A DNA stretch of 64,000 bases from the NCBI GenBank assembly GCA_963753435.1, contig CAVWCF010000001.1, forward strand, positions 704,554-768,553, given 5' to 3'. Made by a program: the position numbers and the translations under genes. A model generated the notes under the pieces. It was not told the DNA's origin. It made no database searches and saw nothing but the letters and a program-made list of their open reading frames with translations. This stretch comes from an uncultured Actinomycetota bacterium. GTDB lineage: Bacteria > Actinomycetota > Actinomycetes > CAVWCF01. This document shows, one piece after another, positions 46,860-56,070 of this stretch (position 1 is the first letter of the stretch; every line of letters starts with the position of its first letter).

Positions 46860-46921
46860 GACGCGGCCAACGCTGCCACCGAGCGACGCATTCCGCATGC
46901 CGACGTGCCTACGCTGCGGCT

Positions 46922-47398
46922 ATGGCAGAACCAGCCGGATGGAGTCCCGCCGGCGGACGCAACGGCATCTACTACGTGCTCGGTCAGTTCGCACTGTTGG
47001 CGGTGATCGCCGTTATCGGCGTTCTGGGGTCGCCTTCGCCGGTACCCGTTTGGGTCGGCGGCGCCATCATCGCGCTGGGGCTGGCACTGGGTGCGCTCGG
47101 CGCGACCTCCCTGGGGCCGGCGCTGACGGCGCTGCCAAGGCCGGCATCCAGCAGTCCGGGCGTTATGAACTCGGGCATCTACTCGAAAGTGCGCCACCCC
47201 ATCTATGGCGGGGTTCTGCTGGGCGCGCTGGGTTGGACCTTGCTCAGCAGCCTCGCGGCGCTGGTTCCGCTGGTGCTGTTGGCCGCCTTGTTCGTCTTCA
47301 AGGCCCGACGTGAGGAAACCTGGCTCATCGCGCGCTTCCCGGACTACGCCGACTACCGCAATCAGGTTCGCCGGCGCTTCATTCCGCTGGTTTGGTGA
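46922..47398 (+). CDS. Isoprenylcysteine carboxyl methyltransferase (ICMT)/phospholipid methyltransferase-family membrane protein.
   Basis: Multi-TM protein with SGIYSKVRHPIYGG, typical of the ICMT/PEMT SAM-binding region. 158 aa. Confidence 0.6.
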   Translation: MAEPAGWSPAGGRNGIYYVLGQFALLAVIAVIGVLGSPSPVPVWVGGAIIALGLALGALGATSLGPALTALPRPASSSPGVMNSGIYSKVRHPIYGGVLLGALGWTLLSSLAALVPLVLLAALFVFKARREETWLIARFPDYADYRNQVRRRFIPLVW

Positions 47399-47401
47399 CC
47401 C

Positions 47402-48322
47402 TCAGAAGCCCAGGCGCCGCAACTGCTTGGGGTCGCGCTGCCACTCCTTGGCCACCTTCACGTGCAAGTGCAGGTGAACGGCGGTCCCCAGTAGGGCGCT
47501 GATGTGTTTGCGGGCCGTCGTACCGACCTCGCGGAGCCGGGCGCCCCGGTGACCGATGACGATCCCCTTCTGGCTGTCCCGCTCCACGTAGATGGTCACG
47601 TACACATCCAGCAGTGGCTTGTCCTCAGGTCGATCCGGCCGCGGCACGATCTCCTCGACCACGCACGCAATTGAGTGCGGCAGTTCGTCCCTAACCCCGG
47701 TCAACGCCGCCTCGCGGACCAGTTCGGCGATCATCACCGCCTCTGGCTCATCAGTGAGTTCACCGTCGGGGTACAGCGGTGGGCCTTCCGGCAGGAGTCC
47801 GGTAAGCACCTGCCGCAGGACGTCGAGGTTGTCGCCGCTGACCGCCGAGACCGGGACGATCTCGGCGAAGTCCACCCCTACGGAGGCTGCGAGATCGGCT
47901 ACGGCCAGCAGGTGTTCGGCTAGCTGTTCCTTGGTGACCGCATCACTCTTGGTGACCACTGCGACGAGACTCGCCCGTGCCGCTTGGGCCAGCTCGTCGA
48001 GGATGAACCTGTCCCCCGGCCCGGGCTTCTCATCGGCCGGCGTACAGAACCCGACGACGTCGACTTCGGCCCAAGTGGACCGGACCAGATCGTTGAGCCG
48101 CTGGCCCAGCAGGGTGCGCGGCCGGTGCACGCCCGGGGTGTCGAGGAGCACGAGTTGGCTGTCAGCCCCGTGCACGATGCCGCGGATCACATGCCGCGTG
48201 GTCTGCGGCTGGTCGGCGGTGATCGCCACCTTCGATCCGACCAACGCGTTGGTCAGCGTGGACTTGCCGGCGTTGGGCCGACCCACGAAACAGGCGAAGC
48301 CGGACCGGAAGACGGCGGTCAC
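47402..48322 (-). CDS. era: GTPase Era.
   Basis: G1 GRPNAGKSTL, G4 TKSD, C-terminal KH domain. 306 aa. Confidence 0.9.
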   Translation of the reverse strand: MTAVFRSGFACFVGRPNAGKSTLTNALVGSKVAITADQPQTTRHVIRGIVHGADSQLVLLDTPGVHRPRTLLGQRLNDLVRSTWAEVDVVGFCTPADEKPGPGDRFILDELAQAARASLVAVVTKSDAVTKEQLAEHLLAVADLAASVGVDFAEIVPVSAVSGDNLDVLRQVLTGLLPEGPPLYPDGELTDEPEAVMIAELVREAALTGVRDELPHSIACVVEEIVPRPDRPEDKPLLDVYVTIYVERDSQKGIVIGHRGARLREVGTTARKHISALLGTAVHLHLHVKVAKEWQRDPKQLRRLGF

Positions 48323-48669
48323 GACGCTCGGCTGCGCAACGCCCCGGCGCGGTCGCCGAGGAGCAGCTCACCGCCGGAGACGAGCAGGTCCCGCGCGGCC
48401 GCCGAGCCGGCCGCGTCGAGTTCGTCGGGACCCAGCAGCACAGCCGCCTCCAGTTTCGTGGCCCCGCTGGCGACGGCCACGGCTACTACCGACTGCAGGG
48501 CGCTCAGCGTCAGCGATGGCAACGACACCGGCCCCGCCACGTAGGTGCGGCCGGTTTCGTCCCGCACGGCCGCGGCCTCCGCAACGCCCAGCCGCGCCAA
48601 GGCCGCCCGAGCCAGCGTGAACAACTTGGCGTCCTCCGCGGACAACTCCGCTGGTTCAGCCACCGACAC
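48319..48669 (-). CDS. Conserved hypothetical protein (possibly a cytidine-deaminase-like fold) upstream of era.
   Basis: 116 aa, Ala-rich. Overlaps the era start by 4 bp. Assignment weak. Confidence 0.35.
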   Translation of the reverse strand: MSVAEPAELSAEDAKLFTLARAALARLGVAEAAAVRDETGRTYVAGPVSLPSLTLSALQSVVAVAVASGATKLEAAVLLGPDELDAAGSAAARDLLVSGGELLLGDRAGALRSRAS

Positions 48670-49948
48670 CCTCCCGGATCGGATCGTCCGGTTCGACCCG
48701 GACGCGGTCGATCTGATTGCGCCGACCGGAGACCGACTCGGCAGTCAGGATCAGCCCCGACACGTTCACGCGGGAGCCCGCGATCGGGACGACGCCTAGT
48801 TCCTTGGCCATGAGGCCGCCAACGGTGTCGACCCCGTCGATGTCGTCGGGTTCGAACTCCACGCCCGCTAGGTCGGCCAGATCGTCGACGCTGAGCCGTG
48901 CGCTCACCCGCCAGCCACCGCTGGGCAGATCGGTGATCTCCGGCGGTGCGGTGTCGTACTCGTCGGAGATCTCTCCGACGATCTCCTCGAGCACGTCCTC
49001 GATGGTCACGAGCCCAGCCGTGCCGCCGTACTCGTCGACGACGATCGCGATGTGCTGCCGTTGCGTCTGCATGTCCCGAAGGAGTTCGTCGATCGGCTTG
49101 GAGTCGGGCACGAACAGCACCGGCCGCATCACGGAGTCGACGCGCTCGATGCTTTCCGCGTCGCGGTGTTCGAAGACGCGACGGACCAAGTCCTTGCCAT
49201 AGACGATGCCGACAACGTCGTCCATCCCCTCCCCAACGACCGGGATCCGGCTGAACCCGCTGCGCAGACCCAGCGATATCCCCTGCCGCAGCGTTCGGTC
49301 CCGCTCGATGAACACGACGTCGGTCCGGGGGACCATGACTTCACGGGCGATGGTGTCGCCGAGCTCGAAGACGGAGTGGATCATCTGTCGTTCGTCGTCT
49401 TCGATCAGCCGGCGCTCTTCGGCCAGGTCGACCAGGTCGCGAAGTTCCGCTTCAGTGCTGAACGGTCCCTCCCGGTATCCAGGTCCCGGCGTTACCGCGT
49501 TGCCCAAGGCGATCAGCACCCAGGTGAGCGGGAACAACACCCGCTGCAGGAACCGCACCGGACCGGCAAGTAGTCGGCCCAGTCTCGGCGCGTGCTGGCG
49601 ACCCAGCGTTCTGGCCGCGACCCCGACCACGACGTAGATCAGGACGACCATCACGAGCACCGCAATCGCCGGACCGACCCAATCGTCCGGGGTCCAGTTC
49701 GCGGCGACCAACACCGCTAATGCGGTCGCGGCAACCTCGGCGGCAATGCGCGTGAACAGGACGGCGTTGACCGCACGTGCCGGGTCCGCCGAGATCTCCG
49801 CGAGCGACTGGGAGCCCCGCGTTCCGGCCTTGAGCAACTGCTCGACCTGAACCCGCGACAACCGCTGCAACGCGGCTTCGAACGCGCTGGCCAAGGCGGC
49901 GATCAGCACCAGCAGTCCGGCAATCACCAGGGTCGCCGTGGGGCTCAT
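48656..49948 (-). CDS. Hemolysin-family / CorC-HlyC membrane protein (DUF21 + CBS pair + CorC C-terminal domain).
   Basis: N-terminal TM domain, tandem CBS region, C-terminal transporter-associated domain. 430 aa. Classical partner of ybeY-phoH. Confidence 0.8.
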   Translation of the reverse strand: MSPTATLVIAGLLVLIAALASAFEAALQRLSRVQVEQLLKAGTRGSQSLAEISADPARAVNAVLFTRIAAEVAATALAVLVAANWTPDDWVGPAIAVLVMVVLIYVVVGVAARTLGRQHAPRLGRLLAGPVRFLQRVLFPLTWVLIALGNAVTPGPGYREGPFSTEAELRDLVDLAEERRLIEDDERQMIHSVFELGDTIAREVMVPRTDVVFIERDRTLRQGISLGLRSGFSRIPVVGEGMDDVVGIVYGKDLVRRVFEHRDAESIERVDSVMRPVLFVPDSKPIDELLRDMQTQRQHIAIVVDEYGGTAGLVTIEDVLEEIVGEISDEYDTAPPEITDLPSGGWRVSARLSVDDLADLAGVEFEPDDIDGVDTVGGLMAKELGVVPIAGSRVNVSGLILTAESVSGRRNQIDRVRVEPDDPIREGVGG

Positions 49949-50406
49949 CGGCGCCGCCGCTGCTTGCGGTGCCCGGCTACGAGCTTGTCCTGGAGACCGA
50001 ACATCTCCTTGGCCTCATCGGGCTCGGCGTGGTCGTAGCCGAGCAGGTGCAGGATGCCGTGGGTCAACAGGATGTCGACCTCATCGTCGGTCGCGTGGCC
50101 GGCCACCTCGGCTTGGCGAACGGCAACCTGCGGGCAAATGACCACGTCACCGAGCAGCCCCGGCTCCGGTTCGGCGTCATCTCGGCCGGGGCGCAGTTCG
50201 TCCATGGGGAAGGCGAGTACATCGGTTGGTCCCGCCTCGTCCATCCAGTGTTCGTGCAGGGTGGTCATCGCTGCTTCGTCGACGAGCAGCACGGACAGTT
50301 CCGCCTGCGGGTGGATCCGTAGCTGCTCGAGGCAATGCCGGGCCAGATGCGCCATTCGGGCCTCGTCGCAGTCGAGGCCGCTCTCGTTTACGACGTCCAG
50401 GCTCAC
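49945..50406 (-). CDS. ybeY: Endoribonuclease YbeY (rRNA maturation factor).
   Basis: HGILHLLGYDH zinc-binding motif. 153 aa. Confidence 0.85.
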   Translation of the reverse strand: MSLDVVNESGLDCDEARMAHLARHCLEQLRIHPQAELSVLLVDEAAMTTLHEHWMDEAGPTDVLAFPMDELRPGRDDAEPEPGLLGDVVICPQVAVRQAEVAGHATDDEVDILLTHGILHLLGYDHAEPDEAKEMFGLQDKLVAGHRKQRRRR

Positions 50407-51491
50407 CGCTTGGACGACCGTTTCGGCTTCGCCTGCGGCTGCGCGCCCTCATGGCGGTGGTACGCGTCGACAATCTCGCTCACGAGGTGGTGCCGGACCA
50501 CGTCGCCGCTGGTCAGCCAGCAGAAGGACACGTCCTCCAACCCCGACAGGATGCCCTCCACCTGCCGCAGGCCGCTGGTGGAACCCGACGGCAGGTCCGT
50601 CTGCGTCACGTCCCCGGTCACGACCATCCGCGAGTTGAAGCCGAGGCGGGTGAGGAACATCTTCATCTGCTCCGGCGAGGTGTTCTGAGCCTCGTCCAGG
50701 ATGACGAATGCGTCGTTGAGCGTTCGCCCACGCATGTAGGCCAGCGGCGCGACCTCGATCGTGCCCTGGGTCATCAACCTGGGGATCGCCTGCGGGTCCA
50801 TCATGTCGTGCAGCGCGTCGTACAGCGGTCGCAGATAGGGGTCGATCTTCTCGTACAACGTGCCCGGCAAGTAGCCCAGCCGTTCCCCGGCCTCCACGGC
50901 CGGCCGGGTCAGGATGATGCGGCTGACCTGCTTGTCCTGAAGCGCCTGCACCGCCTTGGCCACAGCCAGGTAGGTCTTGCCGGTGCCGGCCGGGCCGATC
51001 CCGAAGACCACCGTGTGCTGATCGATGGCGTCGACGTAGCGCTTCTGGTTGAGGGTTTTCGGCCGGATCGTCCGGCCGCGGCCGGACAGCACGTTCATGG
51101 TGAGGACGTCGGCCGGTCGCTCATCGGTGTCTTCTCGCAGCATCTGCGCCGACCGGATCACCGCGTCCGCCGTCAGACCCTGACCAGTCCGGACGACGGT
51201 CACCATCTCGTCGATCAGCGACTCGACCAGGCCGACCTCGGCGGGACTGCCGGTGACCGTGATCTCGTTGCCGCGAACGTGCAGGTCGGCCCCGCCGAAC
51301 TGCGCCTCGATCACATCCAGGAACTCGTCATTGGCTCCTAGGAGCGCGACCATGGCCACACTGGCCGGCACGACGATCCGGTGCTCCACGTTTCGACCAT
51401 CGGGGGCATTCCTGCTTGGTCCAACGGCAGGCTGTCTCGCGCCGGGCTGATCGGCGCTGGCCGCACTTGCACTGGGCTGGGCGTCACTCAT
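50403..51491 (-). CDS. phoH: PhoH-like ATPase.
   Basis: Walker [14 protein letters not shown]. Start set at the internal MSDAQP (about 363 aa). The track ORF extends to 51734. Confidence 0.8.
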   Translation of the reverse strand: MSDAQPSASAASADQPGARQPAVGPSRNAPDGRNVEHRIVVPASVAMVALLGANDEFLDVIEAQFGGADLHVRGNEITVTGSPAEVGLVESLIDEMVTVVRTGQGLTADAVIRSAQMLREDTDERPADVLTMNVLSGRGRTIRPKTLNQKRYVDAIDQHTVVFGIGPAGTGKTYLAVAKAVQALQDKQVSRIILTRPAVEAGERLGYLPGTLYEKIDPYLRPLYDALHDMMDPQAIPRLMTQGTIEVAPLAYMRGRTLNDAFVILDEAQNTSPEQMKMFLTRLGFNSRMVVTGDVTQTDLPSGSTSGLRQVEGILSGLEDVSFCWLTSGDVVRHHLVSEIVDAYHRHEGAQPQAKPKRSSKR

Positions 51492-51561
51492 GGGTGCGAC
51501 CTCGCGATCGCGGACCTCCCTGTCAGCGTGGGCCCCACCATCGTAGAGCGCGCAGACGCGA

Positions 51562-51897
51562 TCAGCCGGGTGGCCAGGCCAGTTGCCGGCCGCCCAGCAC
51601 GTGCGCGTGTACGTGAAAAACCGCCTGGCCGCCGTCGGCCCCGGTGTTGAACACGACGCGGTAGCCGCCCTCAAGAGCGCCACCCACCTGCGCCGCGACT
51701 GCGAGCACCTCCGCCGCCAATGCCGCGTCCGCATCGACCAGGCTCGCCATGTCGCGATGGTGCTCGACCGGGATGACCAGGATGTGGGTCGGCGCGACCG
51801 GATCGATGTCCCGGAACGCCAGGACGCGATCGGAACGGGTCACCACGTCGGCAGGAATCTTGCCGCCGACGATGTCGCAGAAGAGGCAGCTGTCCGT
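51562..51897 (-). CDS. HIT-family (histidine triad) protein.
   Basis: CLFCDIVGG...HILVIPVEH...HVHAHVLGG (HxHxHxx). About 112 aa from a GTG start. The upstream part of track ORF 51562..52536 is non-coding in this frame. Confidence 0.75.
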   Translation of the reverse strand, partial: TDSCLFCDIVGGKIPADVVTRSDRVLAFRDIDPVAPTHILVIPVEHHRDMASLVDADAALAAEVLAVAAQVGGALEGGYRVVFNTGADGGQAVFHVHAHVLGGRQLAWPPG

Positions 51898-52652
51898 CAC
51901 GACACCCAAGAGTAGGTGTCCGCCCAGCGCCGCGTTCGGGATTGCAGCAGCGCCACGGCGATCGGTCCGGCTGTGGAGGTACGCAACACCTGCGGGCCGA
52001 GCCGGGCCTCCACGGCCCCGGCCCCGACCAGTTCCGTGCGTTCGCCGGTCGTCAAACCGCCCTCGGGGCCGACCACCACGAGCACCGTGCCGCTGTCGGG
52101 CACGTCCACGTCCACCACCGAGGTCGGCACCCCGGCTTCCAGCACCACGGCAAGGTCCGCCGCAGCGCACATTTCGACGACCGCAGCGGTACCGGCCAGG
52201 GCCGTCACGTCGGGCACGAACGGTCGCCGTGACTGCTTGGCCGACTCCCGGGCCGTGGTGGCCCAGCGATCCCGGCCGCGCTCGACCTTGTCCCCGGCCC
52301 AGCGGGCCACGCACCGCTGCGCGGCCCAGGGCACGATCCGGTCGACACCGGCTTCGGTGAGCATGGCGACGGTCAAGTCGGCGCGCTCGCCCTTGGGCAG
52401 CGCTTGCACGACGCAGATCTGTGGGGTCGGCGTCGGCAGCGTTTGCTCTGTCTCCACACGAACGTCGACCCCGGCGGCGTTGACCGCATCGACGCGGCCG
52501 GAGCCGATCCACCCCGCCCCGTCGGACAACAAGCACGTTTCACCAACTCGGAGCCGATGCACCCGACCGGCGTGCCGACCCTCCGCACCTGTCAGCGAAA
52601 CCAACTGGCCGATCGCCGCTGCGGCGTCGACCAGGAACAGGGGCGGACTCAC
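51897..52652 (-). CDS. rsmE: 16S rRNA (uracil1498-N3)-methyltransferase RsmE.
   Basis: N-terminal PUA-like region and C-terminal SPOUT domain pattern (MSPPLFLVD...GRHAGRVHRLRVGE...). 251 aa. Confidence 0.75.
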   Translation of the reverse strand: MSPPLFLVDAAAAIGQLVSLTGAEGRHAGRVHRLRVGETCLLSDGAGWIGSGRVDAVNAAGVDVRVETEQTLPTPTPQICVVQALPKGERADLTVAMLTEAGVDRIVPWAAQRCVARWAGDKVERGRDRWATTARESAKQSRRPFVPDVTALAGTAAVVEMCAAADLAVVLEAGVPTSVVDVDVPDSGTVLVVVGPEGGLTTGERTELVGAGAVEARLGPQVLRTSTAGPIAVALLQSRTRRWADTYSWVS

Positions 52653-53749
52653 CGACCCGAGAAGGCTCCGCGGACGCGGTCCATGAAGGTGCGCCCGGCC
52701 GAGCCCAGCTTCGGCGCCGGCCGCTCCTCCCCCCGCAGCCGGGCCAGCTCCTGCAGCAGCGACTCCTGGCGGGAGTCCAGCCGGGTGGGGACTACGACTT
52801 CAACGTGCAAGCGCAGGTCGCCGCGACCGCCCGTGCGCAGTCGGGGCATGCCGCGCTCGGGAACGACGACCACTTCGCCCGGCTGGGTGCCGGCCGGCAG
52901 GTTCAACTCCACGGGACCGTCCAGCCCCTCCAGCACCATCGACGCCCCCAGCGCGGCGGCGGTCATCGGCAACTCGACGCTGCAGTGCAAGTCGTCGTTG
53001 CGTCGGGTGAACACCGGGTCCGGCCGCACCGCCACCTCGACGTAGAGGTCGCCGTTGGGTCCACCGCCGGGCCCGGCCTCGCCCTCGCCAGCCAGGTGAA
53101 TGCGCATGCCGTCGGCAATGCCGGCCGGGATCTTCACATCCAGGTTTCGGCGGGTCAGGACCCGGCCCTCACCGGCGCACTCCGGGCAGGGGTTGGGCAG
53201 CACGGTCCCGTAGCCGCGGCACTGCGGGCACGGCCGGTTGGTGACCACCTGGCCGAGGAAGGAGCGCTGCACCGACTGAACCTCGCCGCGCCCCTTGCAG
53301 AGATCACAAGTAGCAACATCGGTTCCCGGTGCCGCGCACCGACCGTCGCAGGTGGGACACACCACGGCGGTGTCCAGTTGCATGGTGCGCACCCCGGTCT
53401 CCAGCGTCTCGGCGAGATCCAGTTCGACCCGGACCAGGGCATCCTGCCCGGGCCGGCGACGCTCGCGCGGTCCACGTTGGCCACCGCCGAAAAACGCGTC
53501 GACGATGTCGCTGAAACCGAACCCGGCCCCGAAACCGGCCATCCCCTCGGCGCCGGCGTCGTAGCGACGACGCCGCTCCGGGTCGCTCAGGGTCTCGAAG
53601 GCCACCGTGACCTCTTTGAACCGCTCAGAAGCAGCCGGGTCCGGGTTCACGTCCGGGTGCAGTTGCCGCGCCAACCGGCGGTAGGCCTTCTTGATCTCCT
53701 CCGGCTGGGCGTCGCGGGCGACGCCGAGAACCTCGTAGTGATCGGCCAC
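52649..53749 (-). CDS. dnaJ: Chaperone DnaJ (type I: J domain, G/F region, CxxCxGxG zinc fingers).
   Basis: J domain DYYEVLGV...HPD. Four CxxCxG repeats (CPTCDG, CDLCKG, CPQCRG, CPECAG). 366 aa. Confidence 0.9.
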   Translation of the reverse strand: MADHYEVLGVARDAQPEEIKKAYRRLARQLHPDVNPDPAASERFKEVTVAFETLSDPERRRRYDAGAEGMAGFGAGFGFSDIVDAFFGGGQRGPRERRRPGQDALVRVELDLAETLETGVRTMQLDTAVVCPTCDGRCAAPGTDVATCDLCKGRGEVQSVQRSFLGQVVTNRPCPQCRGYGTVLPNPCPECAGEGRVLTRRNLDVKIPAGIADGMRIHLAGEGEAGPGGGPNGDLYVEVAVRPDPVFTRRNDDLHCSVELPMTAAALGASMVLEGLDGPVELNLPAGTQPGEVVVVPERGMPRLRTGGRGDLRLHVEVVVPTRLDSRQESLLQELARLRGEERPAPKLGSAGRTFMDRVRGAFSGR

Positions 53750-54759
53750 TACCGCTCCGACAGGAATCGGCTCAGGTAGCGCGCCACCGCGGCCACCGTC
53801 GACATGGTCGCCGGGTAGTCCATCCGGGTCGGGCCGACTACGCCCAACTGGGCGGAGGTCTGTCCCACCCCGTAGACACTGGAGACGGTCGAGGTGGTTT
53901 GTAGTTTGCGCTCCTCGTTCTCGGCGCCGATTCGCACCGTCACCGTGCTCGGGTCCTCCACCTGGTCGAACAGGTGCAGCAGGACGACCTGCTCCTCCAA
54001 TGCCTCCAGCACCGACGCGACGTAGACATCCGAACCCTTGGCGGCGAGGTTTGCGGCCCCGCCGATCACGAGCCGGTCCTCCCGTTGGGCCAGCAGGACG
54101 TCACTCAACCCCGCCACGATCGCAGCCACCGACTCCCGGGTGGCCTCATCTCCGGCCTCGGTGAGGTCGGCCAACAATCCAGGCACGTCGGCCATCAACC
54201 GACCCGAAGCCACATTGTTCAGCCGAGTACGCAGGTCCGCGACGTCATCGTCGGTCAACGGTTGCACGACCTCGATGATCGACTGGTCGACGCGACCGGA
54301 GCTGGACACGACCAGGAGCACCAGTCGCGTCTGTGACAACGGCACCAGTTCGATCTGCCGAACCGTGGAAGTGGACAGCAACGGGTACCGGACAACCGCC
54401 ACCTGTCTGGTCACCTGCGCCAGCAGACGAACGGTTCGCTGAATGACCTCGTCCAGGTCGACGACGCCGGTCAGGAAACCCTCGATGGCCCGCCGTTCGG
54501 CCGCGCTGAGCGGCTTGACGCGGTCCAGACTGTCGACGAACAGCCGGTAGCCGCGGTCCGTGGGAATGCGTCCGGCGGAGGTGTGCGGCTGCATGATGTA
54601 GCCCTCGTCCTCAAGCGCCGCCATGTCGTTGCGAACCGTGGCCGGGGAAACGCCGAGCCGATGTCGCTCGACTAGGGCCTTGGAACCGACCGGTTCTTGG
54701 GTTGCGACGTAGTCCTCAACGATCGCGCGCAGGACGTCCAGGCGACGGTCGTTCGTCAC
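53749..54759 (-). CDS. hrcA: Heat-inducible transcription repressor HrcA.
   Basis: [26 protein letters not shown] winged-helix N-terminus. Start set at the internal GTG (VTNDRR). The track ORF extends to 54813. Confidence 0.85.
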   Translation of the reverse strand: MTNDRRLDVLRAIVEDYVATQEPVGSKALVERHRLGVSPATVRNDMAALEDEGYIMQPHTSAGRIPTDRGYRLFVDSLDRVKPLSAAERRAIEGFLTGVVDLDEVIQRTVRLLAQVTRQVAVVRYPLLSTSTVRQIELVPLSQTRLVLLVVSSSGRVDQSIIEVVQPLTDDDVADLRTRLNNVASGRLMADVPGLLADLTEAGDEATRESVAAIVAGLSDVLLAQREDRLVIGGAANLAAKGSDVYVASVLEALEEQVVLLHLFDQVEDPSTVTVRIGAENEERKLQTTSTVSSVYGVGQTSAQLGVVGPTRMDYPATMSTVAAVARYLSRFLSER

Positions 54760-54820
54760 ATGCACCTCCCGCGATCCCCGCTGTTCTGGATTGCCGCTGG
54801 TCCCGATCGCCACGGGTCCA

Positions 54821-54847
54821 TTGGCACTCGTCTCAATTGAGTGCCAA
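54821..54847 (-). promoter_or_regulatory. CIRCE operator (HrcA binding site) upstream of hrcA-dnaJ.
   Basis: ttggcactc-gtctcaatt-gagtgccaa is a perfect 9-N9-9 inverted repeat matching the CIRCE consensus TTAGCACTC-N9-GAGTGCTAA at 14 of 18 positions. Confidence 0.75.
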
Positions 54848-54849
54848 GT

Positions 54850-56055
54850 CTAGCCTTCCGAATCGATCAGCGCCCGCGCCACCGAGTCAGCCAGCAAGCG
54901 GCCCCTTCGCGTTAGCCGCACCGAACCGGACTCGCCCACGGCAGCCACCAGCCCCTCGGCGTGCAGGTGGTCCAGCACCTCCGGTGGCGAAGCCGTCCAA
55001 GGCTGCGCCAGGCGGGTTCGCAGCATTGCCGCTTCCATGCGCTGCTGCTCGGGGGCCAACTCCTCCCGCGCGGCCGCCGGTGCGCGCCCAGCGGCGAGGC
55101 GGCCGGCGTACTCGGCGGGGTGCTTGACGTTCCACCACCGCAAGCCGCCGATGTGGCTGTGCGCACCCGGACCGAGTCCCCACCAGTTCTGCCCGGTCCA
55201 GTAGCCGAGGTTGTGCCGACACTGCGACTGCGGGTCTCGCGCCCAGTTGGATATCTCGTACCAGGAGTACCCGGCCGCGGTCAGCAGGTCATCGGCGATC
55301 TCGTACCGGTCGGCGAGTGCGTCGTCGCTGGGCGTCGCCACGACCCCACGCCGCACCTGGGCAGCCAAGCGAGTACCCGGCTCCACGACCAATGCGTAGG
55401 CGGAGATGTGATCCGGCCGCATCTCGACGACGGCTCGCAGGGATCGCTCCCAATCCGCATCCGTCTCGCCGGGGGCGCCGTAGATCAGGTCGACGCTGAC
55501 CTGAAGGCCGACCCGGCGCGCGGCCGCCACCAGCGGGGCGACGCGCTCGGGGTCGTGGGTTCGATCCAGCGCCGCCAGGACCTGCGACACCGTGGACTGC
55601 ACCCCGAAGGAGATCCTGGTGACGCCGGCCTGCACCAACGCGTCGAGTTCGGTTGCGTCGATGCTGTCGGGGTTGGACTCGACGGTGACCTCGGCGTCCG
55701 CGGCTACGGCGAAGTGCGAACGCACCGTCGCCAGCAGGCGAGACAGTCCGTCGACGCCGAGCAGGGTTGGCGTTCCGCCTCCGACGAACACCGTTTCGGC
55801 GGCCGGCCGCTGGGCACCGAGGACGTCACCGGCCAGGGCCGCCTCAGCGGCAAGCGCATCCAGGTAGGCGTCCTGCGACAGCCGACCGCCCAGTTCAGCC
55901 GGCGTGTACGTGTTGAAGTCGCAGTAACCGCACCGGACCCGACAGAACGGCACGTGGACATAGACGCCCAGATCCCTACCGGCAAGGTCCGCCAGCGCCC
56001 ATGCCGGTAACTCCCCGCTGTCCGGAGCCGGGATACCGCTGGGCAGTTCAGGCAC
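54850..56055 (-). CDS. hemW: Radical-SAM heme chaperone HemW (oxygen-independent coproporphyrinogen-III oxidase-like).
   Basis: YVHVPFCRVRCGYCDF radical-SAM CxxxCxxC cluster motif. 401 aa. Confidence 0.8.
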   Translation of the reverse strand: MPELPSGIPAPDSGELPAWALADLAGRDLGVYVHVPFCRVRCGYCDFNTYTPAELGGRLSQDAYLDALAAEAALAGDVLGAQRPAAETVFVGGGTPTLLGVDGLSRLLATVRSHFAVAADAEVTVESNPDSIDATELDALVQAGVTRISFGVQSTVSQVLAALDRTHDPERVAPLVAAARRVGLQVSVDLIYGAPGETDADWERSLRAVVEMRPDHISAYALVVEPGTRLAAQVRRGVVATPSDDALADRYEIADDLLTAAGYSWYEISNWARDPQSQCRHNLGYWTGQNWWGLGPGAHSHIGGLRWWNVKHPAEYAGRLAAGRAPAAAREELAPEQQRMEAAMLRTRLAQPWTASPPEVLDHLHAEGLVAAVGESGSVRLTRRGRLLADSVARALIDSEG

Positions 56056-56070
56056 GGGCTGAGCGTGCCA

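Noticed and set aside
51562-52536. 324-aa minus-strand ORF spanning the HIT and rsmE region
   Set aside because: Only the C-terminal 112 aa (HIT triad domain) are protein-like. The upstream part is an Arg/Gly-rich frame overlapping rsmE in another frame.
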